Under the pieces are notes generated by a model that was given only the letters and a program-made list of their open reading frames with translations, did not search any database and was not told where the DNA came from. From contig CAZIIU010000008.1 of assembly GCA_964539395.1 (NCBI GenBank), positions 2,455-66,454 on the forward strand: a stretch of 64,000 bases of DNA, given 5' to 3'. Below are positions 19,736 to 29,892 of this stretch, piece by piece. Both the position numbers and the translations under genes were made by a program. How positions within the stretch are numbered: the stretch's first letter is position 1; the number at the start of each line of letters is the position of its first letter. The stretch is from an uncultured Bacteroidaceae bacterium. Lineage in GTDB: Bacteria > Bacteroidota > Bacteroidia > Bacteroidales > GCA-2748055.

Positions 19736-20512
19736 ATGCCTTTAACCGGAAAAAACATATGTTTTGCTTCAGATTTTCACCTTGGAATGTACCCACAGGA
19801 TGAGAGCCGGAAAAGGGAAAAAATAATTGTCAAATGGCTCTCCTCCGCTGGTCCGGATATGCGCGAACTCTGGCTGTTGGGTGATCTGTTCGACTACTGG
19901 TTCGAATACAGAAAAGTAGTGCCAAGGGGATTCACCCGCTTCCTGGGCACCCTGGCCTCTCTGGGCGATTATGGAGTTAATGTTCATATCTTTTCGGGTA
20001 ATCACGATGTATGGATGTCAGATTACCTGCCTCTTGAAACCGGTGCCGAAATTCACCACAGTCCTTTAGTCACAACTATGGGAAACAAAAAATTTTATCT
20101 TTCTCATGGCGACGGGTTGACAAATAAAGACGCTGGCTACCGGCTTTTAAAATCTGTTTTCAGGAACAGGTTTTTGCAATGGTGCTATGCCAGGCTGCAC
20201 CCAAATGGTTCAACTGCCTTCGCCCAGTGGTGGTCGAAAAAAAGCAGGTATTCCAAAGAGATGGTCCATCCCTATAAGGGCGATGAAAACGAGGAACAGA
20301 TAATCCATGCCAGGAAACTGCTGGAACAGGATCCAGGAATTGATTTTTTCATCTACGGACACAGGCATTTGCCTTTTGATGTGGAGATCGCCCAGGGGAA
20401 AAGAGCAATTTGCCTCGGCGACTGGATCAGCCATTTTAGCTTCGGGGTATTCGATGGAAATGAATTCAGGCTTGAAAGGTTTCAACCAGATCCTGACTCT
20501 TCAGAAAAATGA
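19736..20512 (+). CDS. lpxH: UDP-2,3-diacylglucosamine diphosphatase (LpxH family metallophosphoesterase)
   Basis: The metallophosphoesterase motifs SDFHLG, GDLFDYW, GNHD, HGD and GHRH occur in LpxH order and spacing. Confidence 0.8.
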   Translation: MPLTGKNICFASDFHLGMYPQDESRKREKIIVKWLSSAGPDMRELWLLGDLFDYWFEYRKVVPRGFTRFLGTLASLGDYGVNVHIFSGNHDVWMSDYLPLETGAEIHHSPLVTTMGNKKFYLSHGDGLTNKDAGYRLLKSVFRNRFLQWCYARLHPNGSTAFAQWWSKKSRYSKEMVHPYKGDENEEQIIHARKLLEQDPGIDFFIYGHRHLPFDVEIAQGKRAICLGDWISHFSFGVFDGNEFRLERFQPDPDSSEK

Positions 20513-20547
20513 TTTCGCTGAAAAAAATCGTCGAAATTACCAGAGAA

Positions 20548-20575
20548 AAAGCCGGTTCATCACTGAACCGGCTTT
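20548..20575. terminator. Bidirectional intrinsic terminator between convergent lpxH and hppA
   Basis: Perfect 12-bp stem aaagccggttca / tgaaccggcttt with a 4-nt loop, flanked by an A-run on the left and a T-rich stretch on the right. Confidence 0.6.
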
Positions 20576-20648
20576 ATTATAGCATAAATCTTGCATTAAC
20601 CAGCAAAAAAAGTTTAACTTCACTTTCTAATCTAGGCAATACGGTCAA

Positions 20649-22955
20649 TTAAAAAATACTGAATGCGACAGTAAGCCCCGACATTACAACAGAGACCATT
20701 GTCATCAGTTTAATCAGGATATTTAATGACGGACCAGAGGTGTCCTTGAAAGGATCTCCAACTGTATCTCCAACCACGGCAGCCTTATGTGATTCGCTTC
20801 CTTTACCACCGTGATTACCCTTCTCAATAAACTTTTTCGCATTGTCCCATGCACCCCCGGCATTGTTCATAAAAACAGCCAGTGTAAACCCGGCTGTCAG
20901 TCCGCCAACCAACAATCCGACAACTCCTGCAACGCCAAGTACCACACCAATAATGATCGGTACAATAATCGCAATCATAGATGGAAGGATCATCTCCTGC
21001 TGTGCTCCCTTGGTCGAGATCTCAACACATTTTGCATATTCCGGAATCTGCTCTCCCTTCATGATACCCGGCATCTCCTTAAACTGACGCCTCACTTCAT
21101 CCACCATTGCTCCTGCTGCACGACCAACCGCTTTCATGGTAAGTGCACTGAATACGAATGCCATCATCGCACCTACGAAAATACCACCTAACAGCATTGG
21201 GTTAAACAGTGATAGGTTGTAAGCGTTTACAAAGTCCTCAATTCCTGCTGACTGCAGTTGGACGGCGATTTGACCCGCTTCAACAGCTGGAACTGCATCG
21301 CCCCTGTAAAAGACAGTCTCTCCAACAGTAAATACACCATCAGTTGCCTTGTCGGCCATCTTTCCCAACCAGAGTCTGACCTCTTCCATATAGGCTGCAA
21401 GCAGGGCCATGGCAGTAAGAGCTGCCGAACCAATAGCAAAACCTTTACCGGTTGCGGCGGTGGTGTTACCCAGCATATCCAATGCATCCGTACGTTCCCG
21501 TACCTCAGGCTTCAACTCGGCCATTTCTGCATTTCCACCGGCATTATCAGCAATAGGTCCGAATGCATCGGTGGCAAGAGTTATGCCCAGTGTCGATAAC
21601 ATACCCACTGCCGCAAAGCCTATCCCGTATACACCATGGGCAAAATTGGAAAACCCACCTGCAAAACCATAGGCTGCAATTATACCAATAACAATTGTCA
21701 CTACAGGAATCCATGTAGATACCATTCCAACTGCAATTCCATCAATGATCGTAGTTGCAGTCCCTCCTTTTGTCTGTGCTGCGATTCCCTTGGTGGGTTT
21801 ATACTCATCTGATGTAAAAAATTCAGTACCCTGTCCGATCACTACTCCGGCAATCAGACCGGCAACAACTGAACCAAATATCCCCCAGGTGATCCATCCT
21901 CCTGCAGCCATCAATGCGATCGCAACAAGAATAAAGATTGAGCTTCCTCCTGTACCCAGAAGCAGAGCATTCAACAGGGTTTTTTGTGTGGCCGACTCTT
22001 TGGTACGCACCAGGTAGATCCCTGCTATCGAAAGAATAATCCCAATTGCAGCAACCATCATGGGTGCAAGCACGGCGGTCTGCTGAGTAATACCAGAATA
22101 ACTACCGATCAAAGGAACAGCAGCACCAAGTGCAGCTGTGGCGAGAATTGAACCTGCATAGGATTCATACAAATCTGCACCCATTCCGGCAACGTCACCC
22201 ACATTGTCTCCAACATTATCAGCAATGGTAGCAGGATTGCGGGGGTCATCCTCAGGAATCCCTGCTTCAACCTTGCCTACGAGGTCCGCACCCACATCAG
22301 CCGCCTTGGTGTAAATTCCACCGCCTACACGTGCAAAAAGTGCCTGCGTGGACGCTCCCATTCCGAATGTAAGCATGGTAACAGTGATCTCAACCAGCTT
22401 CTGATGCTCACTGGTCCCGGCATGAACAAAAGTAAGACCAAGAAAACGAGCGCCATTCTCCATGTTATCGGGGGTAAAGATCAATTTGTCGAGAAGATAG
22501 AACCAACCGGCAATGTCGAGCAATGCAAAACCTACTACAACGAGTCCCATCACAGCTCCACTCCTGAAGGCAACTTTTAATCCTTTGTTTAATGACTCAG
22601 AGGCTCCCTGGGCTGTCCGGGCTGAAGCAAATGTGGCTGTTTTCATCCCGAGAAATCCACAAAGGCCGGAAAAGAAACCACCTGTTAGAAAGGCAAGGGG
22701 AACAAATGGATTCTGAATGCCAAAGTAGGCCATGATAGCCAACAGGATCACCATAACAAGAAATACCAGGGCAACTACCCGGTATTGCCTACGGATATAG
22801 GCCATGGCCCCTTCCCTTACATACTGGGCAATCTCAATCATCCTCGGCGTACCCTCCGAATTCTTCATCATGTTTCTGAAGAATAGGTAAGCAAAAACCA
22901 GTGCCAGAACTGCTGCCAGCGGCACTATCCAGAACAATTCATAAATGTTATTCAT
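20649..22955 (-). CDS. hppA: Membrane-bound ion-translocating pyrophosphatase (K+-dependent-type signature)
   Basis: 768-aa polytopic protein with [35 protein letters not shown] and [16 protein letters not shown]. Confidence 0.95.
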   Translation of the reverse strand: MNNIYELFWIVPLAAVLALVFAYLFFRNMMKNSEGTPRMIEIAQYVREGAMAYIRRQYRVVALVFLVMVILLAIMAYFGIQNPFVPLAFLTGGFFSGLCGFLGMKTATFASARTAQGASESLNKGLKVAFRSGAVMGLVVVGFALLDIAGWFYLLDKLIFTPDNMENGARFLGLTFVHAGTSEHQKLVEITVTMLTFGMGASTQALFARVGGGIYTKAADVGADLVGKVEAGIPEDDPRNPATIADNVGDNVGDVAGMGADLYESYAGSILATAALGAAVPLIGSYSGITQQTAVLAPMMVAAIGIILSIAGIYLVRTKESATQKTLLNALLLGTGGSSIFILVAIALMAAGGWITWGIFGSVVAGLIAGVVIGQGTEFFTSDEYKPTKGIAAQTKGGTATTIIDGIAVGMVSTWIPVVTIVIGIIAAYGFAGGFSNFAHGVYGIGFAAVGMLSTLGITLATDAFGPIADNAGGNAEMAELKPEVRERTDALDMLGNTTAATGKGFAIGSAALTAMALLAAYMEEVRLWLGKMADKATDGVFTVGETVFYRGDAVPAVEAGQIAVQLQSAGIEDFVNAYNLSLFNPMLLGGIFVGAMMAFVFSALTMKAVGRAAGAMVDEVRRQFKEMPGIMKGEQIPEYAKCVEISTKGAQQEMILPSMIAIIVPIIIGVVLGVAGVVGLLVGGLTAGFTLAVFMNNAGGAWDNAKKFIEKGNHGGKGSESHKAAVVGDTVGDPFKDTSGPSLNILIKLMTMVSVVMSGLTVAFSIF

Positions 22956-23106
22956 AATTAAATTTGGTTTAGTTAAAAAAACAATATTTCACTGTTTATC
23001 ACTCTGAATATTAACTGACTAATAAACAGCGAACTGGTTTTTTCAAAGGCACAAAGTTAAAACATTTGTTCTTAGAATCTAAATAAATTATTTATAGCAA
23101 TAGTTT

Positions 23107-23114
23107 TATCTTTG
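23107..23114 (+). promoter_or_regulatory. Bacteroidota-type -7 promoter element (TATCTTTG)
   Basis: Matches TAnnTTTG and ends 4 nt before the sulfotransferase ATG at 23119, which implies a leaderless or near-leaderless mRNA. Confidence 0.4.
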
Positions 23115-23118
23115 CCGA

Positions 23119-23895
23119 ATGATTGTTTTTTCACATATCCCTAAAACTGCAGGTACATCATTGAAATATATTCTTCGGAACACTTATGGCATTCAACATA
23201 TCGACAGTATTAAAACAAACAGGACCCCCTTTACGCTGGATGACCTTCAATTTGCAAAAAAAATATTCCGGAGACCAAAGGCCATTACAGGTCACAACAT
23301 CGTGGATCCCCATAGGAACCTGCAGGGCATCGAGGTAAAACTTATCACCATTCTGAGGGACCCTGTAATGCGTTGCATCTCCCACTACCAGGATGATGTG
23401 GTTCGAAGAGGCAATACACAAACCTTTCAAGAGTGGATCAACCAGGAGACTAACCAAAACCTCTCAGTTAAAATCATCGCAGGGTCTGATGACCTTTCCA
23501 GGGCCAGATACCTGCTGAAAAAAAAATTCACTTTTACCGGTATCACAGAAAAATTTGAGGATTCATTGAAAATTCTGAAAATTCAACTTAATGAACCTTT
23601 AAACCTTACTTATGCCAGGTTGATTACTGCAAAAGATAACAGGATTAAAAAACAATTGCTGGAAGACAACATCGCGATGAGGCTTCTTAATAAACATAAC
23701 TCACTCGACAAGGAGCTGTATGATTTTGCCCTGAATGAACTGTTTTTACCTGCAGTTGAACGCCATAAGGATGAACTCGGACAGATTGTCATTCCACCAT
23801 TTATTGATAATAATAAGAAAGCACCAAACCATAAAGAAAGCATCCGCTACAACAAATTTGTTTACAGGCAGCTTATTAAAATACTTGGGAAATAA
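23119..23895 (+). CDS. Sulfotransferase-family protein (Sulfotransfer_2 / HS6ST-like)
   Basis: The 5'-PSB loop HIPKTAGTS is at the extreme N-terminus, RDPVMRCISHY is a 3'-PB-like block, and FTFTGITEKFEDSL is also present. Confidence 0.7.
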   Translation: MIVFSHIPKTAGTSLKYILRNTYGIQHIDSIKTNRTPFTLDDLQFAKKIFRRPKAITGHNIVDPHRNLQGIEVKLITILRDPVMRCISHYQDDVVRRGNTQTFQEWINQETNQNLSVKIIAGSDDLSRARYLLKKKFTFTGITEKFEDSLKILKIQLNEPLNLTYARLITAKDNRIKKQLLEDNIAMRLLNKHNSLDKELYDFALNELFLPAVERHKDELGQIVIPPFIDNNKKAPNHKESIRYNKFVYRQLIKILGK

Positions 23896-24173
23896 AGATT
23901 CAAGAGAGTCTTTAAATGAACTACGTACCAACAATATAGATAACCACTGCAATGCTATGGCCTTTCTTCCCTAATATTGTTTCGAATATCAGATCTGCTG
24001 GTATATGAGGCAAGTTGCAAATCCATATGTGCAAGTTGTCCTGTAGAAAATAAACAGTCCTATCTTCCTGCTCCTGATGCCCTCTTTTACACCTTCACTT
24101 AATTTTGATTTCTTATTATTAATATGCATATTTACCTTTATTTATAATTAGTCTAATTTAATATCATATAATC

Positions 24174-25196
24174 ATGTCTTGTTGCAATGGAATATGCGGT
24201 TGCGGAAAAGGGGGACAGACCCAAGCGCAAGAACAACTCATTCTGGATCAGTTAAATACAGGAAAAGGAATGCTTGCCACATACGACTGGTTAACAGACC
24301 TGGACAGCCTGAAACCGGAGGAGGAGATCGTAGAGGTTAGATTCAAGAATAGCCGGAAGGAGTTTTACAGGAATGCCAGGCGTTTGCGGTTAAAGAAGGA
24401 TGACCGTATTGTTGTTGATACGGAGGGTGGGCACGATCTCGGAACGGTATCCCTTACAGGTGATCTTGCCAAAAAGCAGTTCAACAAAAAAAATGTTGGA
24501 ACAAAGTCCGGCTCACTAAACCAGGTCTACAGGATCGCCAGGGAAACTGACCTCAAGAAGTGGCTGGAGGCAAAGAAAAAAGAGCGGTCAGCACTGTTAA
24601 AATGCCGGGAAATGGCTGCCTCACTGAAGCTTGACATGAGCATTGGTGATGTTGAGTTCAGAGGGGATGCCAGGAAATTAACGCTATTTTATACGGCCGA
24701 TGGGAGGGTTGACTTCAGGGAGCTGCTGAAGCTGTGTATGCGGGAATTTAAGATAAAAATCGAACTGCGACAGATCGGAGCCAGGCAGAACGCTGCCCGG
24801 ACCGGGGGAATCGGATCCTGTGGCAGGGAACTCTGCTGCTCCACCTGGAAAACTGAATTAAACACTGTAAAAACGAAAAGTGCATGGAAACAGGACCTCT
24901 CATTAAACATCTCCCGTCTTGCCGGACAATGCGGTAAATTGAAATGTTGCCTCAACTACGAGTTGGAAACCTACCTCGAAGCCTGGGAGTCGTTTCCGGC
25001 AGAACTGATCAACCTGGAAACCGATCGGGGCATACTAAAGCCCTTAAATGCAGATGTTCTGAAAGGAGAGGTGCAATACTCACTCGATGAGCCTAAACTG
25101 AATACGCGCTATACTATCACAATTGATCGTGTTAAGGACTATATCGCACTGAACAAAAAAGGTAAACTTATACAATCAAGCAGACTGGAGCAATGA
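24174..25196 (+). CDS. PSP1-domain protein (RicT/YaaT-like)
   Basis: PSP1 C-terminal-type blocks LTLFYTADGRVDFRELLK, GSCGRELCCSTW and GQCGKLKCCLNYE. The N-terminus MSCCNGICGCG is Cys-rich. Confidence 0.8.
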   Translation: MSCCNGICGCGKGGQTQAQEQLILDQLNTGKGMLATYDWLTDLDSLKPEEEIVEVRFKNSRKEFYRNARRLRLKKDDRIVVDTEGGHDLGTVSLTGDLAKKQFNKKNVGTKSGSLNQVYRIARETDLKKWLEAKKKERSALLKCREMAASLKLDMSIGDVEFRGDARKLTLFYTADGRVDFRELLKLCMREFKIKIELRQIGARQNAARTGGIGSCGRELCCSTWKTELNTVKTKSAWKQDLSLNISRLAGQCGKLKCCLNYELETYLEAWESFPAELINLETDRGILKPLNADVLKGEVQYSLDEPKLNTRYTITIDRVKDYIALNKKGKLIQSSRLEQ

Positions 25197-25197
25197 C

Positions 25198-26058
25198 TCA
25201 ACCGTTCACATGCTTTTCTGCATGGTATGAAGATCGCACCAAAGGATGGCTTTCCATGTAAGTAAAACCCATCTTCAGCCCTTCATTCCTGTAATACTCG
25301 AAAACCTCCGGCTTTACATACTCCTCCACCTTTGCCAGGTTCGAATCGGGTTGAAGGTATTGTCCGATTGTTACCACACGGCAACCGGCATCCTTCAGAT
25401 CGCGCAGGGTTTGAAGAACCTCAACCTGCCGCTCACCGAGTCCGAGCATTATCCCCGACTTGGGCACAATCCCGGAGCCAGCAACCTGTTGAATCACCTT
25501 CAGGCTGGTCCTGTAATTTGAATTACTCCTGATCCTGGGTGTCAGACGCTCTACGGTCTCAACATTATGAGATATTACCTCCGGGCTGGCATCAATCACA
25601 ATCTGCACATGCTCCTCCACCCCTTTGAAATCAGGAATGAGTACCTCAAGGGTCGTTTCAGGATTCCTCAATCTGATCATCTTTATTGTCGCAGCCCAGA
25701 ACCTGGCCCCTCCATCCTTCAAATCATCGCGATTCACAGAAGTAATCACGGCATGCTTCAATTCCAGGGTCCTGATCGTGTCCGCCAACCGGCCTGGTTC
25801 CTCCCAGTCGAGCGGATCAGGAATCAGGTTCTCCACATAGCAGAACCTGCAGTTCCGCGTACATTTCGACCCCATGATCATAAAGCTGGCCGTACCTGCG
25901 TTCCAGCATTCCCCTTTGTTTGGGCAGTTCCCGCTGGTGCAGATAGTATTCAGCTCATGCTCCTTTATAAGATTCCTGACCCTGGAATAGGTTTCTCCTT
26001 TTGGCATCGGCACCTTCATCCAGCGCGGCAACCTAAATGCTGTATCTTTCGTCTCCAT
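25198..26058 (-). CDS. lipA: Lipoyl synthase
   Basis: The auxiliary-cluster region is CTSGNCPNKGECW, and the radical-SAM motif is CTRNCRFC. 286 aa. Confidence 0.95.
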   Translation of the reverse strand: METKDTAFRLPRWMKVPMPKGETYSRVRNLIKEHELNTICTSGNCPNKGECWNAGTASFMIMGSKCTRNCRFCYVENLIPDPLDWEEPGRLADTIRTLELKHAVITSVNRDDLKDGGARFWAATIKMIRLRNPETTLEVLIPDFKGVEEHVQIVIDASPEVISHNVETVERLTPRIRSNSNYRTSLKVIQQVAGSGIVPKSGIMLGLGERQVEVLQTLRDLKDAGCRVVTIGQYLQPDSNLAKVEEYVKPEVFEYYRNEGLKMGFTYMESHPLVRSSYHAEKHVNG

Positions 26059-26069
26059 AATGCTTCCTC

Positions 26070-27362
26070 CTATATTTGTACTGCTCTCATCACCGGCTCC
26101 TCTCCGGACAGTATTTCGTTCAACATAACATCAACAAATCGGTTCCTGGCTGGCTCCTCAACATCAAATGAAACGGGTAGATAGTGCTCTCCATACCCTG
26201 AAGCAACCATTTCACCGTCAACCTTTTCAATCAAAACCCGTTGACTCTTCCCCAGCATAGACCGCATATAGTCAAGCCGCATCTCCTCCGACATCTTTCG
26301 AATAACTTCACTCCTCTCTGCCATCACCATCCCCGGTACCTGCTCCTTCATCCGGTCGGCCCGTGTCCCTGATCGTCTGGAATACCGAAACGTATGTACA
26401 TGCGAAAACTGTGCCCTGGCCAAAAAATCCACGGTCTGCAAAAAATCATCCTTGCTCTCCCCCGGAAAGCCAACAATTACGTCGGTAGAAAAATTAAAAC
26501 CGGGGATCGCATCCCTGAACCGCTCGATCGTCTCCATAAAGTAGCGGGCAGTGTACATCCGCCGCATCTTTAACAATATTCTCTCCGAACCACTCTGCAG
26601 ACAAAGATGCAAGTGGGGGGTAAGTTTCGGGTGACTGAACAGCTGGTGAAACCGGTCGGTGAACCCGTCGGGTTCGAGCGAAGATATCCTTACCCTGAAA
26701 TCACCTGGCAGCTCCAGCACCTCTTCAATAACATCCTCAAATGTACTCCCATCATGGTCATACCGGCCAATGTTCACACCTGTAATCACCACCTCCTTAA
26801 AACCATTGTCAACAACCCGGCGGACATTCTCCAGCACCTTGTTCAACGGTCTGCTCACGGCCCTTCCTCTTACAGTTGGAATAATACAAAAAGTGCAAAA
26901 GTTATCGCATCCGTCCTGAATTTTTATCGAGGTTCGGGTATGCAGACTTTTTTGCACAGTATCAAACCCAAACCGGTTCCCCGGTAACTTATCGGGAAGA
27001 ATCAGCTCACCTTTAAAATGGCTGTCTACCAACTCCACAATATTGTTTTTATGGTCATTATCAACCACGTACGTAATCTGCTCCTGGCTTTCAAGATTTT
27101 GCTTGTAATGATCTGCCATGCAGCCGGTAACCACAACCAGGGCGCTACGGTTCCTGGCTGCTGCATTTCGAATGGTGTGCCGCGATTTATGGTCACTCTG
27201 ATTGGTAACGGTACAGGTATTAACCACTGTTACATCGGCATATTCACCGAAATCAACCACCTGGTATCCGGCATTGTGAAAACCGGTTACCAGTGCATCG
27301 GTCTCAAACTGGTTCAACCGGCAACCCAACGTTTTGAATGAAACTTTCTTAAGGACCTTCAT
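26070..27362 (-). CDS. mtaB: Radical-SAM methylthiotransferase, MtaB-like
   Basis: The UPF0004 N-domain has TLGCRLNQFE and VNTCTVT, the radical-SAM motif is CDNFCTFC, and a C-terminal TRAM-like region follows. The choice of MtaB over MiaB or RimO is my judgement from the N-terminal motif and the length. Confidence 0.7.
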   Translation of the reverse strand: MKVLKKVSFKTLGCRLNQFETDALVTGFHNAGYQVVDFGEYADVTVVNTCTVTNQSDHKSRHTIRNAAARNRSALVVVTGCMADHYKQNLESQEQITYVVDNDHKNNIVELVDSHFKGELILPDKLPGNRFGFDTVQKSLHTRTSIKIQDGCDNFCTFCIIPTVRGRAVSRPLNKVLENVRRVVDNGFKEVVITGVNIGRYDHDGSTFEDVIEEVLELPGDFRVRISSLEPDGFTDRFHQLFSHPKLTPHLHLCLQSGSERILLKMRRMYTARYFMETIERFRDAIPGFNFSTDVIVGFPGESKDDFLQTVDFLARAQFSHVHTFRYSRRSGTRADRMKEQVPGMVMAERSEVIRKMSEEMRLDYMRSMLGKSQRVLIEKVDGEMVASGYGEHYLPVSFDVEEPARNRFVDVMLNEILSGEEPVMRAVQI

Positions 27363-27522
27363 TTTATAGGATTCCTTTCATAAACCTGATAAATTTCCCT
27401 GTATATCAATAGCAATTGATACGGGTTATATCAACGATCATCTTGAGTATTCTGACAGTTAATTATCCTGCTGCTACTCTTACTCTCTCCCCCTGTTATT
27501 TGCTTACAACTAGTTCTCATAA

Positions 27523-28278
27523 TTAAAAATATACTTCCGTAAACAGCTGATCGTGCCTGTACCCCTGTGCCCTGAGTATATCCATTGCATCATAGATCAT
27601 ACTGCTGTTCCCGCAAAGATACACTTTATCCGCCGTTTCCTCCAATCCGGTTAACAGGTAATCGGTGATGCGACCATTAAAATCCCCCTTGTTACCTCTC
27701 GATGTGCAGGTAAAGTAACGGTCCGCTTCATAATGATCCCTTTCATATGCTTCGTGGATATCTCTTATTCCGTGTATCAACCTGTAATCAGCCCCAGGGT
27801 AAGCGAGGACAAAGCTGTGAAATGGTGCTATCCCTGTACCAGAAGCAATAAAGAGAAGTTTTTCTCCCTCCTGTGGTTTCGCATCGGTAAGAAAAAAGCC
27901 ATAAGGCCCTTTAACGCTCAGCTCATCACCGGGTTTTACATTTTTTAACTGCTGGCTCACCAATCCGTCGTCCACCACTTTAATGAGCACCTCAAGAGAG
28001 GAGCTGTTGGGACTGCTGTAAATGGAGTACTCCCTGTGCTGTCCCGATCCCTTTAATCCCAGGTTGATATGCTGACCAGGTTTGAAGACCATACCGCCCC
28101 CTGAAAACTGCAATATATAGGTAGATTCATTCAAATACTCAATACGCTCTGCAATATATTTATCCAATGTTGTTAATGTATTCACTCTAATTATGTTATT
28201 ATATAAAAATGTGGTTACTACCCCCTTCTGTCCCAGGCTACTCCCCCGGAGAGATGACGTAGAATGGTTTGCTTTCAA
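27523..28278 (-). CDS. FNR-like FAD/NAD(P)-binding oxidoreductase
   Basis: REYSIYS resembles the RxYS FAD motif, GTGIAPF is the NAD(P) motif, and CGNSSMI lies near the C-terminus. The start is uncertain because the first ~31 aa look non-native, and a GTG at 28185 is an alternative. Confidence 0.7.
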   Translation of the reverse strand: MKANHSTSSLRGSSLGQKGVVTTFLYNNIIRVNTLTTLDKYIAERIEYLNESTYILQFSGGGMVFKPGQHINLGLKGSGQHREYSIYSSPNSSSLEVLIKVVDDGLVSQQLKNVKPGDELSVKGPYGFFLTDAKPQEGEKLLFIASGTGIAPFHSFVLAYPGADYRLIHGIRDIHEAYERDHYEADRYFTCTSRGNKGDFNGRITDYLLTGLEETADKVYLCGNSSMIYDAMDILRAQGYRHDQLFTEVYF

Positions 28279-28353
28279 TAACAGACATGCATATATAGAG
28301 TAATAAACGCTTACAGGGCAAATTGTTCACTTATCTTGCACATTTCGGAAATG

Positions 28354-29892
28354 TCAGCCCGCCCACCCTTCACGGTCAAGACTCCTGTAATTCACAGCTT
28401 CTGCAACATGTGCAGGTTCTATGTGCGCTTCCCCCTCCAGATCGGCGATGGTGCGGGAAACTTTTAGTATGCGGTCGTAGGCCCGAGCTGATAGGCCAAG
28501 CTTCTCTATGGCATTTTTCAGAATAACCTGGCTTCCAGAACCAAGGACACAAAACTTCCTAAGCATGGCAGGGGTCATCTGTGAATTGGCAAGCACCCCT
28601 TTGATGCCAGCGAATCTTTTCTCCTGAACCTGTGCCCCTTTGATCACCCTCATCCTGATCACCTCGCTGGTCTCTGCATCCCGTAATTCCGACAATTGTC
28701 TGAAGGGCACCGGAACCACCTCGATATGAATATCAATCCTGTCGAGCAGCGGTCCGGATACTTTGTTCAGATAACTCTTAACCATACCTGGATTACAGCT
28801 GCACTCTTTCTCGGGATGATTGTAAAAACCACACGGACACGGGTTCATTGAGGCGATCAGAACAAAATTCGCCGGATAATTCACCGAAAACTTTGCACGG
28901 CTCACCGTAATGAAACCATCCTCCATAGGCTGCCGCAACACCTCCAGGGTATTGCGTTGAAACTCCGGCAGTTCATCCATAAAGAGTACGCCATTATGAG
29001 AAAGTGAAACCTCCCCGGGCTGGGGCGAATTACCTCCACCGACCAGGGCGATATGAGAAATCGTATGATGGGGTGCCCTGAAAGGCCTTTGAGTGATCAG
29101 TCCGCTTTCCCCGTTCATCTTTCCAGCTACAGAGTGTATCTTCGTTGTCTCCAACGCCTCGTCAATGGTCATCGGAGTTATAATCGATGGCATCCGCTTC
29201 GCCAGCATTGTCTTTCCCGAGCCGGGTGGTCCGACCATAATCACATTATGCTTTCCGCATGCGGCAATCATCAGCGCCCGCTTCACCGCCTCCTGTCCCT
29301 TCACATCTGAAAAATTCAGGTCATAATGCTCCATGTTTTTCAGAAATTCCTCACGGATATTGATGCGTGTTGGTTCGATATTCAACGTCCCGGCCAAAAA
29401 ACTGAAAGCCTCCTTCAGCGCCTTCACACCAATAACCTCTAGCCCCTCAACCACCGCCGCCTCCTTCGCATTTCCTGCTGGCACAATAATTCCCCTGAAC
29501 CCCTCCTTCTTGGCCCGCAGCGCCATGGGCAGTACCCCGCGCACATTCTGCACCGACCCATCGAGCGACAGTTCACCCATGATCATATACCTTGAAAACC
29601 CGTCATCCCGTAACTGCTTCGATGCCGATAGAATGGCCAGGGCCAACGGAAGATCATAGGCTGCACCCTCCTTGCGGATATCGGCCGGGGCCATATTCAC
29701 CACCACCCGGGTTCTGGGCCAGTCGAGCCCGTTGTTCAAAATGGCCGACTCGATGCGCTTCTGACTCTCCCTCACTGCACTGTCGGCCAATCCTACAATA
29801 AAAAACCGTATCCCATGAGTGATGTTCACCTCAATCGTAATCATGGTCGCACTGATCCCTTGAACCGAACTCCCATAAGCTTTAATGAGCAT
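28354..29892 (-). CDS. comM: YifB/ComM-family Mg-chelatase-like AAA+ ATPase
   Basis: I moved the start to the ATG at 29892 (MLIKAYGSS). Walker A is GPPGSGKT, Walker B is the GVLFMDE block, and the C-terminal ARAYDRILKVSRTIADL is also present. Confidence 0.9.
   Translation of the reverse strand: MLIKAYGSSVQGISATMITIEVNITHGIRFFIVGLADSAVRESQKRIESAILNNGLDWPRTRVVVNMAPADIRKEGAAYDLPLALAILSASKQLRDDGFSRYMIMGELSLDGSVQNVRGVLPMALRAKKEGFRGIIVPAGNAKEAAVVEGLEVIGVKALKEAFSFLAGTLNIEPTRINIREEFLKNMEHYDLNFSDVKGQEAVKRALMIAACGKHNVIMVGPPGSGKTMLAKRMPSIITPMTIDEALETTKIHSVAGKMNGESGLITQRPFRAPHHTISHIALVGGGNSPQPGEVSLSHNGVLFMDELPEFQRNTLEVLRQPMEDGFITVSRAKFSVNYPANFVLIASMNPCPCGFYNHPEKECSCNPGMVKSYLNKVSGPLLDRIDIHIEVVPVPFRQLSELRDAETSEVIRMRVIKGAQVQEKRFAGIKGVLANSQMTPAMLRKFCVLGSGSQVILKNAIEKLGLSARAYDRILKVSRTIADLEGEAHIEPAHVAEAVNYRSLDREGWAG

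Noticed and set aside
25567-26184. 205-aa plus-strand ORF spanning the lipA/mtaB junction
   Set aside because: It is antisense to two radical-SAM genes with unambiguous motifs, so it is a shadow ORF.
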